DNA from: the human T2T-CHM13v2.0 reference genome, Homo sapiens
NCBI RefSeq assembly: GCF_009914755.1
Contig: NC_060926.1
Direction: 5' to 3' (one strand)
Length of the DNA: 64,000 bases
Numbering within the stretch: position 1 is the stretch's first letter; the number at the start of each line of letters is the position of its first letter. Made by a program: the position numbers and the translations under genes. This document shows, piece by piece, positions 48,659-59,792 of this stretch. The notes under the pieces are model-generated. The model made no database searches. It saw only the letters and a list, made by a program, of their open reading frames with translations, and had not been told where the DNA came from.

Positions 48659-48799
48659 GTCTCCATAGAGACTGTCAAAAATTGCCAGTGCTGACTATAT
48701 CGCAAGTAATTGCAGTGGGGTATTGGGAAAAGTTTCCAATTAGCAATAATTGCACTCAGATAAACCTCATTGGCTACGATACTGCTACTGCACAAAGCT
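48659..48799 (-). pseudogene. U4 snRNA retropseudogene (near full length)
   Basis: Reverse complement reads AGCTTTGTGCAGTAGCAGTATCGTAGCCAATGAGGTTTATC...GGCAATTTTTGACAGTCTCTATGGAGAC (Sm site intact). A-rich tail at 48618-48658; perfect 17-bp TSD tgaactctccactttta (48601-48617, 48800-48816). Confidence 0.95.
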
Positions 48800-50659
48800 T
48801 GAACTCTCCACTTTTAAAATTCTCCTCGTGAATAATTTTTTTTCTTTTTTAGAATGTAGAAGATGGGAGCCTTAACACAAATGTGTACTTTGCTAAAGTG
48901 TATAGTACATTTATCTACTTTTTTGGATAGCAGTGTCTTGGCTTAGAAATTCGTTTATTAGTGGTTGTATTAATTACTTGGATTAAGCTAGTTATACTCC
49001 TAAAAATTAGAATACATTTTTTAAATCCCACATCATACTATTTTGGCCTTTTTTTTGAGTAATATTTGTTATGTATCACAATTTTATGTGGTTCATTGAA
49101 ATACTGTTCTTAAAGGAGTAATAAAAAGAAATGTTACATCATAGGCCCAGGTTTCCTTTTATTTATGCATTTGGCTTTATGAAGCAAACTGACCATGCAT
49201 ATTATTAATGCTGTGCTAGTGAATGTTTTCATTTCATTTTAAGATGTAGTTTCTCATAAGACTATAATTTTTAAAATAAATAAAATAGAAAGTTTTCTTG
49301 ATTTTATTGTGAAATATACAGATCTTTTTGTAGTAATATTGCATATTTATATATTCCTGAACACACTAAAATTGTGCACAGCTGATGGGCCAACTCACTC
49401 AAAAGTGAAAAATATGCAGCTTTGTAACCAGAATGCTAACAAAAATAAATCTTAATGAGAATACTAGAATATATTAAAACATATATGAAATTTGTCACAA
49501 ACAAGTAATATGGTCAGTTTAGGATTTTAAAAAGAACATGAACACTGTGCAAGGAAGGGTTGAAGCTACAGGATGATGGATGCCAGGGTAAAATGCATAA
49601 AGATTTGGAAAGAAGAGCTCATTAAACACTTCCAAGAAAGAGCATGTGGCCAAGCTGTGCCAAGAGGAAGAACATGGGTTGAATGAGAATTGTGTACCGT
49701 ACTGTCTTTTCAGCAGCTTGCTGCTTTCCACTGTGTTAGCCTATTTCGGGTTCAGCTGTTGTTGTTTGGTAGTACAAAAACATAGGCTGAGAAGAATCAT
49801 GTACAAACCAATATGACTTACATTATACTAAAATCATTCCCTTATTTACCAATGGGCTAATTCGTGTTATGGAAAAGGTTTGTAACAGAACAAGCTGTAC
49901 TAAGAATATAAGAGGTGGCTTCTGTTTTTGACTTGAGCTCTCTGATAAGTCCATGACCTTTTTAAGATTTGATTTTTGTGTGTGAAATGGAAATACTACA
50001 TCTAAAAATAATGTAGTACAGCCTTTTCTCCCTTGAGCTTATTGTTTTAATTTTAAACTATAAAAATAATAAGCACATTAAAGAAAAATTGGGAAATAGA
50101 ACAACAAAGACAAAAATTAGTAATATAAATCACCGTTTTCTTTTTTGTATGTATTTTTTACTTTTTCACTGGTTTTTATAAGCTTTTTAATTTATTCACA
50201 TTCTTCAAGTCAGTAATTTTTAATGGCTACTAAATATTAGATTGAATAGTTGGGCTTTAGTTTACCATTTCTCTGTTATAGAAAATGTAAGTTGTTTATA
50301 GTTTTCCATTATCTTTAATAATTCTTGGATGAATATCTGTGTGTCCCTCCACACATCGTGGGTTGGGAAGGGAATATCTTTTTCCCTACATAAGATTATT
50401 TCACAAAAGTGACACGTTTGGAATTGTTGGGTCAAAGAATGAAATTTTTAATAATTCGTGATACACATTTCCATTTAGCTTTCCGAAATGGCCCTAGGTC
50501 CTTGCCCAAAATTGTTTATTTTATATTTTTTAAAATAAGTTTTTTATATAATTTTTTAATTTATGTATTTGTTTGCTATTTGTATTTAATATGTGAGAAA
50601 AGATCATTTGCCTGTTTATCCATTGTGGTGGACTTGGTGTTCCAAATGGATAGTGCTCT

Positions 50660-50699
50660 GTCTACGGTCATAGCACCCTGAACATGCCTGATCTCATCT
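50660..50699 (+). pseudogene. 5S rRNA 5' fragment (40 nt), tailless retropseudogene
   Basis: gtctacggtcatagcaccctgaacatgcctgatctcatct corresponds to 5S nt 1-40; 16-bp TSD aa(a/g)tggatagtgctct at 50644-50659 and 50700-50715. Confidence 0.9.
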
Positions 50700-51450
50700 A
50701 AGTGGATAGTGCTCTAAAGTGTTCTATAAGGATAGTTTATAAACGGCTTTTTTTCCTTCTTGAAAACACAATGACAGTTCAAACCTTACTAAGATAATGT
50801 CAGCACTTGGTTTTTAATAATGTCAATACTTGGTTTTTAAACTTTGCTTGGATTAACACTCTGTAACTCTTTGGCATATTTTGCTGCCATACTATTTCTT
50901 TACATCTTAATGAAATTTTTTTGTAAACTTGTAATTCAGAGGAATAACATACTTGCAACCATTTAAATTACTTATGAGAAAATTTAGTCAATAGTTATCA
51001 GGAGACTGATTTTTGAGTATGTTACGTTAATAAAACTCACTATTTCTGTTTTAAGTAGTATTGATAAAAATTCAAGTTTCTTGAGCGATTGAGAGTGACT
51101 CTAATGGCCAGAAATTTGAATATTGAACTTAGCCTCGTTTATAATTTTGGCTCCACTTTTTATTAGCTTTAGAACCTTAGGGAAATGGCTTACTTCATTT
51201 CCATTTCCTTATTAACAATGAATTTCAGTTTTTTTTATTGTTACCATTTAGGATGTTTCCTACCATTAAGGATTCATTTCCAAAATAAATTAACTCTTCA
51301 AGGCAGTTAGTGCACCTTTTTGCAGAATAGACAAATAATTTGTATTATGAGTTCATTTCCATCTGAAATAATTATGATTTGAGTGTCTACTCATACTCAA
51401 CATTTTGAAAAGATTCATTAGGAATGCAAAAGTAAAAAACTCTTATCCCA

Positions 51451-51746
<296 letters not shown>

Positions 51747-53259
51747 AGACTCTTGCCTCCTCATGGAATTCACAGTTGGAAAGGAAGGGCATTTATTGAA
51801 CTAAGGAGTAGTTCAGAGTAAGTAGAGATGATGCATTTTAAAGCCTATGACATAGAATCTGTAATGTAGTAAAATCTCAGCAAATGTTAGCCACTGCTGT
51901 TTGGTACTTTCTAATTTCTAGATGTAATGGAAGATAGATGGAGATTTAAGTGACAAGGCAAAAGTGAGACATTAGAAATTAATCACTCCCTTCTTTAACT
52001 GAACACTGGGTACACTAAAGAGTGGTTTTTTGTTTGTTTTTTAAGGAAGCAAGACATTATTCAATTCTCATTCGTCATGTTTTTAAGTCTCTATGAATAG
52101 AGAGACTTTGATAAAATGAATAATTTGGTCACTTACATAGTACAGGATATCAGTTCTGAAATACATTGTGTGCTCATATATGTGAATGTTTATTTATGTG
52201 TGGTTTTCATAAGAGATTGAAACAGAAACCAAATCCGTTATCGTTTGATCTTTTCCTTTTTACAGTGTTGTGATGTTTCAAGTTATGGGTGCACAGGAGA
52301 GAGATAAGAACTGGATATGGAAAGAATGCTGTTAAGATTTAAAATGAATAGGATTTGAGTCATTGGTGCTCATGGGTGTTGTGTACATACTGTTGCCAGC
52401 ACATATTGTGGTTAGAGTTTTGTTTCTGGAGTCAGTCTGCCTGGATTTAAATTCTGACAGTTCCACTTACGCTTAACCTCTCTGATTAATTTTCCTCATC
52501 AATAAAGTTGAATTAATAATAGTGCCTACCTTATAGGGTTTAATTGACAGTTAATTGAGATATCATATGTAAATTGTTTAGCACAATGCCTGGGCACTAA
52601 AGTATTATCTAAGGCTGTTGCTAATGGAGTGCTCTGAGGCTAACTACTTCTGGTGGTAGCTCCCAGAATCCAGATAAACTGTTCTACATCTAAAATTAAC
52701 TAGTTTTCTCTTTTACATAACTGACATAAAAAGTAGAAATAAAATTAGCCGGTTTTCAGAATTCTTGAAGTAACCTGCCATCTATGTCTTAAGCAAAACA
52801 AACTCTGGAGGTACCCCCCCCCCCCAATTATTTCAGTTACACAAGCATAAGTGGGTTGAATAGGATAATAGTCGGTTTTTCACTGAATTTAGAAATGAGT
52901 TATCTTTATGAGCCATTGAAAATTAATTAAATAGCACATTAGCCTGTTGCTTTCTTCTCTGGTCTGTTATTGTCTCATGATAAAGTTTTTGAATAGAAGG
53001 GTGTTTAAAGTGCAAAACAAAAATAATTTGAGAAAATAGAAATGAAAAAAGAATAGTAACAGCTATTTTTCGCTCTCCTTGAAAGTACAGGGACAGTTCA
53101 TACCTTACTAAGAGAATGCCAGCCTTGAAATGTCAGTACTTGAGATGATATAGAATGCAGAGTTTAAAAGTACTGGGATTTTAAAAAGAAATGATAACTT
53201 ATAGTGAATTTAATTTAGCTAATGATAAATTTAGTGAATAAGAAGTGTTATCTTGTTAG

Positions 53260-53612
53260 ACTTACGGAAGTATAGAGTAGAATGGTTGGTAACCAGATAT
53301 GGGTGGTGGGGGTAGGAGGAGGGTGTAGGGAAGGGGGAGATGTTAGTCAAAGAGTACAAAGTTCTGGTTACACAAGAGGAGTAAGTTCTAGTGACCTATT
53401 GCATAGCATGATGACTGTAGTTAATAATAATGTATATTTCAAAATTCCTAAAAGACCATTTAAAATGTTCTCACCACAAAGAGAGATAGGTATATGAGGT
53501 GATGGATATATTAATTAGCCTGATCTAATCATTTCACAATATATACATGTATCATAATATCACATTGTACCCCATAAATATATATAATCATTATTTGTCG
53601 ATTCAAAATAAA
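53260..53612 (+). mobile_element. L1MA-type 3' end
   Basis: gagtagaatggttggtaaccag, gaggtgatggatatattaattagcctgatc, cacattgtaccccataaatatata. Confidence 0.8.
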
Positions 53613-54187
53613 TAATGAAATAAAAATGTTATCTCTTTTTAGTATGACGTGCTGTAAAAATAGTATACATAGTTTCTTTTTATAGTAAATATTTGAGATT
53701 TGAGGAAAGGGTTTATTTTAAAATATTGCTTAAATATTTCAAATTTATTATTTTCAAGATTCAACTATTTGTATATAGTAAAATCATAGATTCTTAAGAT
53801 ACGTATAAAGTCTTATAGTTCAAAGAAATAGCCTGTCCACTTTAAGTAATAATAGCCACTTCCTATTAGGTGATTAGTGTGGGCTAGGTACTTTACTAAG
53901 TATTTAAAATACACTATTTAATTGTGTTAATATCACCCATACACCTGGTCCTATAAAGCTGCACTTTATTTACAGCCATTTCAACTAATATAAGTTATTT
54001 TCCTTGTATTATAACCATTAGTATCTTCATTATACAAATGTTGTGCTTAAATATTATGTGGGACAATTGATTGCAAAATTTCTCTGATTTGGGGATATTT
54101 ACATATGTATTTTCTTTTTCCCAGAGTTTAAGAATCTAAAGTATTACATTGATAATTGTTTCCTTTGTTGCAGAACTGTAAGAGTAA

Positions 54188-54724
54188 ATGGGTCCAGTAA
54201 TTGGAATGACTCCAGATAAGAGAGCTGAAACCCCAGGAGCTGAAAAGATTGCAGGATTAAGCCAGATTTACAAAATGGGAAGCTTGCCTGAAGCTGTTGA
54301 TGCTGCCAGGCCGAAGGCCACTCTAGTGGACAGTGAGTCAGCAGATGATGAACTCACAAACTTGAACTGGCTTCATGAAAGCACTAATCTTCTAACAAAC
54401 TTCAGCCTCGGAAGTGAGGGTCTTCCAATTGTTAGTCCATTGTATGACATAGAGGGAGATGATGTGCCATCCTTTGGACCAGCTTGCTACCAGAACCCAG
54501 AAAAAAAATCAGCGACTTCAAAGCCCCCATACTCCTTTAGTCTTCTCATTTATATGGCCATTGAGCACTCTCCAAATAAATGTTTGCCTGTCAAAGAAAT
54601 TTATAGCTGGATTCTGGACCATTTTCCATATTTTGCTACTGCACCAACAGGCTGGAAGAATTCTGTTCGACATAATCTGTCCCTGAATAAATGTTTTCAG
54701 AAAGTGGAAAGAAGCCATGGCAAG
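54188..54724 (+). CDS. FOXN2: FOXN2 first coding exon (exon 54174-54724; codons 1-179, including most of the forkhead domain)
   Basis: Translation [17 protein letters not shown]...LTNLNWL...[18 protein letters not shown]...[24 protein letters not shown] is FOXN2. Acceptor tttgttgcag| (AG 54172-54173); phase-0 donor AAG|GTCAGT. The CDS continues beyond the window. Confidence 0.97.
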
Positions 54725-55193
54725 GTCAGTGTTTATGAACATTGCTATATTTGGTGAGGTGGGGGGACTAATTAACATGGAGCCCTTAAAATATCTGGAA
54801 ATCGGGGAGACAATAAGTAGTCAAGTCAAATTACTTCAGCTGAACTGAATTATATTCATTTGTTTTCACTTGAGATGTTTTAAAATTTCTTAAATATTGA
54901 TATAAATTTAGCAGAATTATGTTTTGTCCACTATAGGTACCTAGATTAGTCTTTTTATTATTTTAGTTCTTTGTTTCTAGTTTCTGTAGTGTTCCTATAA
55001 CTATCAGCATTTGATTCTTTATTCAATATGATAATCTCTGCCTTATAATCAAAGTATAGACCATTTAAATTAATGAAATTGATATGGTTGGGTTTAAATC
55101 TATCACCTTGCTATTTATTTGATTTTCTTTTCCACTTTTCCTGCCTTTTGTGGGATGAGGTGTTCTTCACTTTTGGTTTTGGTGTTTTGGTGC

Positions 55194-55533
55194 TTTTTTT
55201 TTTTTTTTTTTTTTTTTGTGAGACAGTCTCGATCTGTCACCCAGCCTGGAGTACAGTGGCGCGATCTCTGCTCACTGCAACCTCCGTCTCCTGGGTTCCA
55301 GCGATTCTTAATGCCTCAGCATCCAGAATAGCTGGGACTACAGGTGTGTGCCACCACGCCCTGCTAATTTTCGTATTTTTAATAGAGATGGGGTTTTGCC
55401 ATGTTGTCCAGACTGGTCTTGGAACTCCTGACCTCAAGTACCACCCACCTTGACCTCCCAAAGTGTTGGGATTACAAGTGTGAGCCACTGTGCCCAGCCG
55501 AGGTGTTGTGTGTGTGTGTGTGTGTGTGTGTGT
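55194..55533 (-). mobile_element. AluS followed by (TG)n (55508-55533)
   Basis: Reverse Alu with T tail; TG run after its 5' end. Confidence 0.9.
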
Positions 55534-55539
55534 TTTATG

Positions 55540-58500
55540 CTTCAATTTTATCTCTACTATTGCCTGATTATTTATGTATTTTAGTGGTTGCTATATGGTT
55601 TTCAGTATACATCTTTAATTTATCATTGGTCCACCTTCAAATAATATTATACCATTTCACGTAACTGGCTCTTTACAGAAAAAGTTGCTTGGCACCTGAT
55701 GCCCTATTGGATTAATTCCTTTTGCCTGGAGAAGTTTATTTAAAATTTCTCATTATTCAGTTTTGCTGGCAATGGTTATTTTAAACTTTTTTGTGGGGTG
55801 CAGGTTTAGAATTCTAGGTTGACATTTTTTTCTTCTATGTATTTTAAAGATGATTTATTGTCTTCTGGCTCCCATAGTTTCTGGTGAGAAGTCTGCTGTC
55901 ATTATTCCTCTTTATGTAATGTCTCTTTTTTTAATTGCTGTCTTCAGTATTTTTTCTTTCTCTCTTTATCACTGTTTTTCAGCAGTTTGACTATAGAGGG
56001 CCTAGATGTGTTATTCTTTATTTTTATCTTGCTTTGGGTTCTCAGTGGTTCTTAAATATATGGTTTATTGCCTTTCATTAAATTTAGGAAATTTTTGCTC
56101 ATTATCTCTTCAAATATTTCTTCTGCCTCACTCCTACTTTTAGGACTCCAAGTAAAAATATATTAGACCATTTGCTATTTGTCTTACCTCTTGATTGCTT
56201 TGCCTTTCCTCCACTCTTTCTCTCTTAGTTTGGATAATTTTTATTGATTTTTCTATAGGTTCACCGTTTTTCTTTGTTGTGTTCATTCTGCTGATAAGCC
56301 CCAATGAAGGACTTCTTCATGTTTTTAATTTCTAATGTTTTCATTTTCCTTTTAAAAAAGTTTCTGTCTCTGCTAAAATTCCCCACTAGATCCATAAACA
56401 TATTAATTATAGTTATTATATAATGTCTGTCAGTTTCAATATCTGGTCCATCTCTGGATCTGGTTTTGCTGACTGTTTTAATCTCTTGTTTTTGTATGTA
56501 TTTTATAATTTTGGATTGAATATCAGACATTGCAAAAGAATGGCAGGGACGGAAGTATGTAATATTTCTACCCAGAAATAGGCATGCCTCTACTCTGTTA
56601 GGCTGTTAGTGTGAACAGGTATTGGTCAGTCTAGTTAGTAATTGAGAAGAGTTTTGAGTGTTTGTGGTTGCAGTAATTACCATCAGTACACCACACTCTT
56701 CAGACTCCTACAGAGATGGACTGCCAATACTTTGTGTTTAAAGTGAGGCCTGGAGCAATAGATGACTTTTTTGTCTCAGCATTACTGCTACAACTTCATC
56801 TTCTAGCTTGTGCCACATTTGAGGTTGGGAGAGAGGTAAGATAGCTCTCTCTGTTGCCCTTCCTACAGCACTAGATTGCTATTGCTTGTTACTTGGAGCA
56901 AGGCTTTTGGATGGGGCAGAGTAGGATCCTTGATTCTTCTCCAGCATTAGTCTTAAACAGGTTCTGCATGCCTGTGCTTCAGGTGTGAGTCTTTCTGTGC
57001 CTCCCCCAGGAGCAGACAGTCTCTCCATCTACTCAATATAGAGTCTAGAGCTGCATTTTTCAGTAGCAAAATGTACTCTTTAATGCCAGGAACCATCTCA
57101 CCACTGCATTCCAGCCTGGGAGATAGAGGGAGACTCTGTCTCACAAAACAAAACGAAAAACATTGGATTCAACTTTGGCTGAGTGCAGTGGCTCACACCT
57201 GTAATCCCAGCACTTTGGGAGGCTGAGACAGGTGGATCGCTTGAGCCCAGGAGTTAGAGACCAGCCTGGGCAACATGGCAAAACCCTGTCTCTACTAAAA
57301 TTAGAAAAAATTAGCTGGGCGTGGTGGTACATGTAGTCCCAGCTACTCAGGAAATGGAGGTAGGAGGATTGTTTGAACCCTCGGAGGTTGCAGTGGGCCG
57401 AGATTGTGCCAGTGCACTCCAGTCTGGATGACAAAGTGAGACCCTGTCTCAAAATAAAAAAATAAGCTGGACGTGGTGGCTCATACCTGTAATCCCAGCC
57501 CTTTGGGAAGCTCAGGTTGGCGGTTCACCTGAGGTTGGGAGTTCAAGACCAGCCTGACCAACATGGAGAAGCCCTGTCTCTACGAAAAATACAACAAATT
57601 AGCCAGACATGGTGGCATATGCCTGTAATCCCAGCTACTCGGGAGGCTGAAGCAGGAGAATTGCTTGAACCTGTGGTGAGCCTAGATCGTGCCATTGCAC
57701 TCCAACCTGGGCAACAAGAGTGAAACTCCGTCTCAAAAAATAAATAAATAAAATGTGACAGGGTCCATCCTGTGACGTGAGATGTAACATATGAACTCTT
57801 ACCTTTGACAGAGCACAGAAATGGCAGTCGTAAAAGAATGTAAGAAAAAGAAGCCACCCAAATTTTAAATCAAATTATTAAAGACCAAATGTGAGCTAGC
57901 ATGACAGCTTAGAATCCCTGACATTCCCAGAAGAAGAAGAGTCTGCATCCACTAGCTAGGTCTTTTTCCACTGGCCTCCATCTGGTGCTCCAGAGGAAGA
58001 CTGCAGGCAGGCCAGGAAGCCTAAGAGAAACCCTTATGAATGAAGACAGATGTACAGAATCTGCCAAGATTTAGGCAAAGATAGACCTAGAGCTGCATTC
58101 TTCAGTTGCCATTTATCCACATGTGGCTAGTGGTTGGCATATTGAACAGCTATAGGATATTTCTGTCATCATAAACAGTCCTTTTAGACAGTGCTGTTTT
58201 AGAGTTCAAGCCAGTTTTCTGCTCATTCCCATTATGGTGGAGAAACTCAGCCTAGTCTTAGTGGGAGGTCTTGGACAAAAGTGAGTGACCACTCCCTTTC
58301 CCAGTGGCAGCAGTTCTCTGTATCATCAGCAGATTTGAGCATGAGCAGATTTTCTGCCTTTCTTCTAGTGGCACATGGCACATTGCCTTGTTAAATATGG
58401 GGATAGCTAGGTTTTATACTTCTCTTTTAGCAACAGCCATCCTTTGCCTGGGACTAGAGTGGGCAAAGTATTTTGCCTCTTCCTCAGTGGCAGACAGCTT

Positions 58501-58930
58501 TTGCTTTGTTTTAGAGAAGAGTCCAGGATATAGGCAGGTTTGTGTCTGTCCTACACCACTATCTGATCTTCACCTTTTGCTTGTTCAGGGTCTAGAACAT
58601 GGATGATCTTTGCCTAAACCTTGGCAGATTCTGTACATCTGTCTTCATTCATAAGGGTTTCTCTCTCAGGCTTCCTGGCCTGCCTGCAGTCTTCCTCTGG
58701 AGCACCAGATGGAGGCCAGTGGAAAAAGACCTAGCCTAGTGGAGGCAGACTCTTCTTCTGGGAATGTCAGGGATTCTAAGCTGTCATGCTAGCTAACATT
58801 TGGTCTTTAATAAATGTTTTAAAATTTGGGTGTTGTTTTTTTCTTACATTCTTTTACGACTGCCATCTCTGTGCTCTGCCAAAAGTAAGAGTTCATATGT
58901 TACATCTCACCTCACAGGATGGACTCTGTT
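55540..58930 (-). mobile_element. Old L1M 5'-region remnants hosting the inverted duplication and a MER3/MER33-like fragment (~58087-58200)
   Basis: Degenerate reverse L1 (gagaagtctgctgtcatt, ttcagcagtttgactat); ccacatgtggctagtgg...ggatatttctgtcatc resembles MER3/MER33. Confidence 0.5.
57075..58082 (+). repeat. Left arm of inverted duplication (Alu fragment + AluJ + extra AluSp-like at 57465-57754 + ~330 bp non-Alu)
   Basis: Reverse complement of 58606-59336 apart from the extra Alu. Confidence 0.95.
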
Positions 58931-59336
58931 ACAATTTATTTTATTTTTTTTATTTTGAGATAGGGTCTCACTTTGTCATCCAGGCTGGAGTGCAGTGGCT
59001 CAATCTCGGCCCACTGCAACCTCCGAGGGTTCAAGCAATCCTGTTACCTCCGTTTCCTGAGTAGCTGGGACTGTAGGCATGTACCACCACACCCAGCTAA
59101 TTTTTTCTAATTTTAGTAGAGACAGGGTTTTGCCATGCTGCCCAGGCTGGTCTCTAACTCCTGGGCTCAAGCGATCCACCTGTCTCAGCCTCCCAAAGTG
59201 CTGGGATTACAGGTGTGAGCCACTGCACTCGGCCAAAGTTGAATCCAATGTTTTTCGTTTTGTTTTGTGAGACAGAGTCTCCCTCTATCGCCCAGGCTGG
59301 AGTGCAGTGGTGAGATGGTTCCTGGCGTGAAGGAGT
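58606..59336 (-). repeat. Right arm of inverted duplication (includes AluJ at 58935-59234 and an Alu fragment at ~59255-59312)
   Basis: Colinear reverse-complement match to the left arm. The ORF track also shows near-identical peptides at 57141-57452(-) and 59079-59270(+). Confidence 0.95.
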
Positions 59337-59450
59337 TTAAGTTTTAAAAAGTAAGAAGGCAAACAGTTAATCATAATACGATATAGAAAGAAATATCATA
59401 ATAGCAACATGAACAGAGTCAGAGAGAAGTTGATTAATTATTACCTAGCA

Positions 59451-59792
59451 CAGTGGTCCCCAAACTTTTGACGCTAGGGACTGGTTTTGTGGAAGACAGT
59501 TTTTCTGCTACCTGAGGTGGGGACATGGGATATGGTTTTGGGATGAAACTGTTCCACCTCAGATCATCAGGCATTAGATTCTCATAAGGAGCGCACAGCC
59601 TAGATCCCCTCACATGCACAGTTCACAATAGGGTTTGAGCTCCTGTGAGAATCTAATGCATGGGCTGATCGGACAGGAGGCAGAGCTCAGGTGGTAATGC
59701 TTCTCAACTTCCACTCTCCTCCTGCTCTGTGACCTGTTTCCTAAGAGGCCATGGACCTGTACCGGTCTCCAGCTTGGGGGTTGGGGACCCCT
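59451..59792 (+). mobile_element. MER1B (hAT-Charlie)
   Basis: cagtggtccccaaactttt...gaaactgttccacctcagatcatcaggcattagattctcataaggagc...ggttggggacccct. Confidence 0.88.

Noticed and set aside
50795-50840. 23-bp tandem duplication (also a 16-bp one at ~4208-4240 and an AT-rich one at ~41322-41387)
   Set aside because: Ordinary slippage duplications with no further signal.
54725-54757. ORF extension [10 protein letters not shown]
   Set aside because: Read-through past the AAG|GTCAGT donor into the intron; I saw no canonical poly(A) signal immediately downstream to support a terminal exon.
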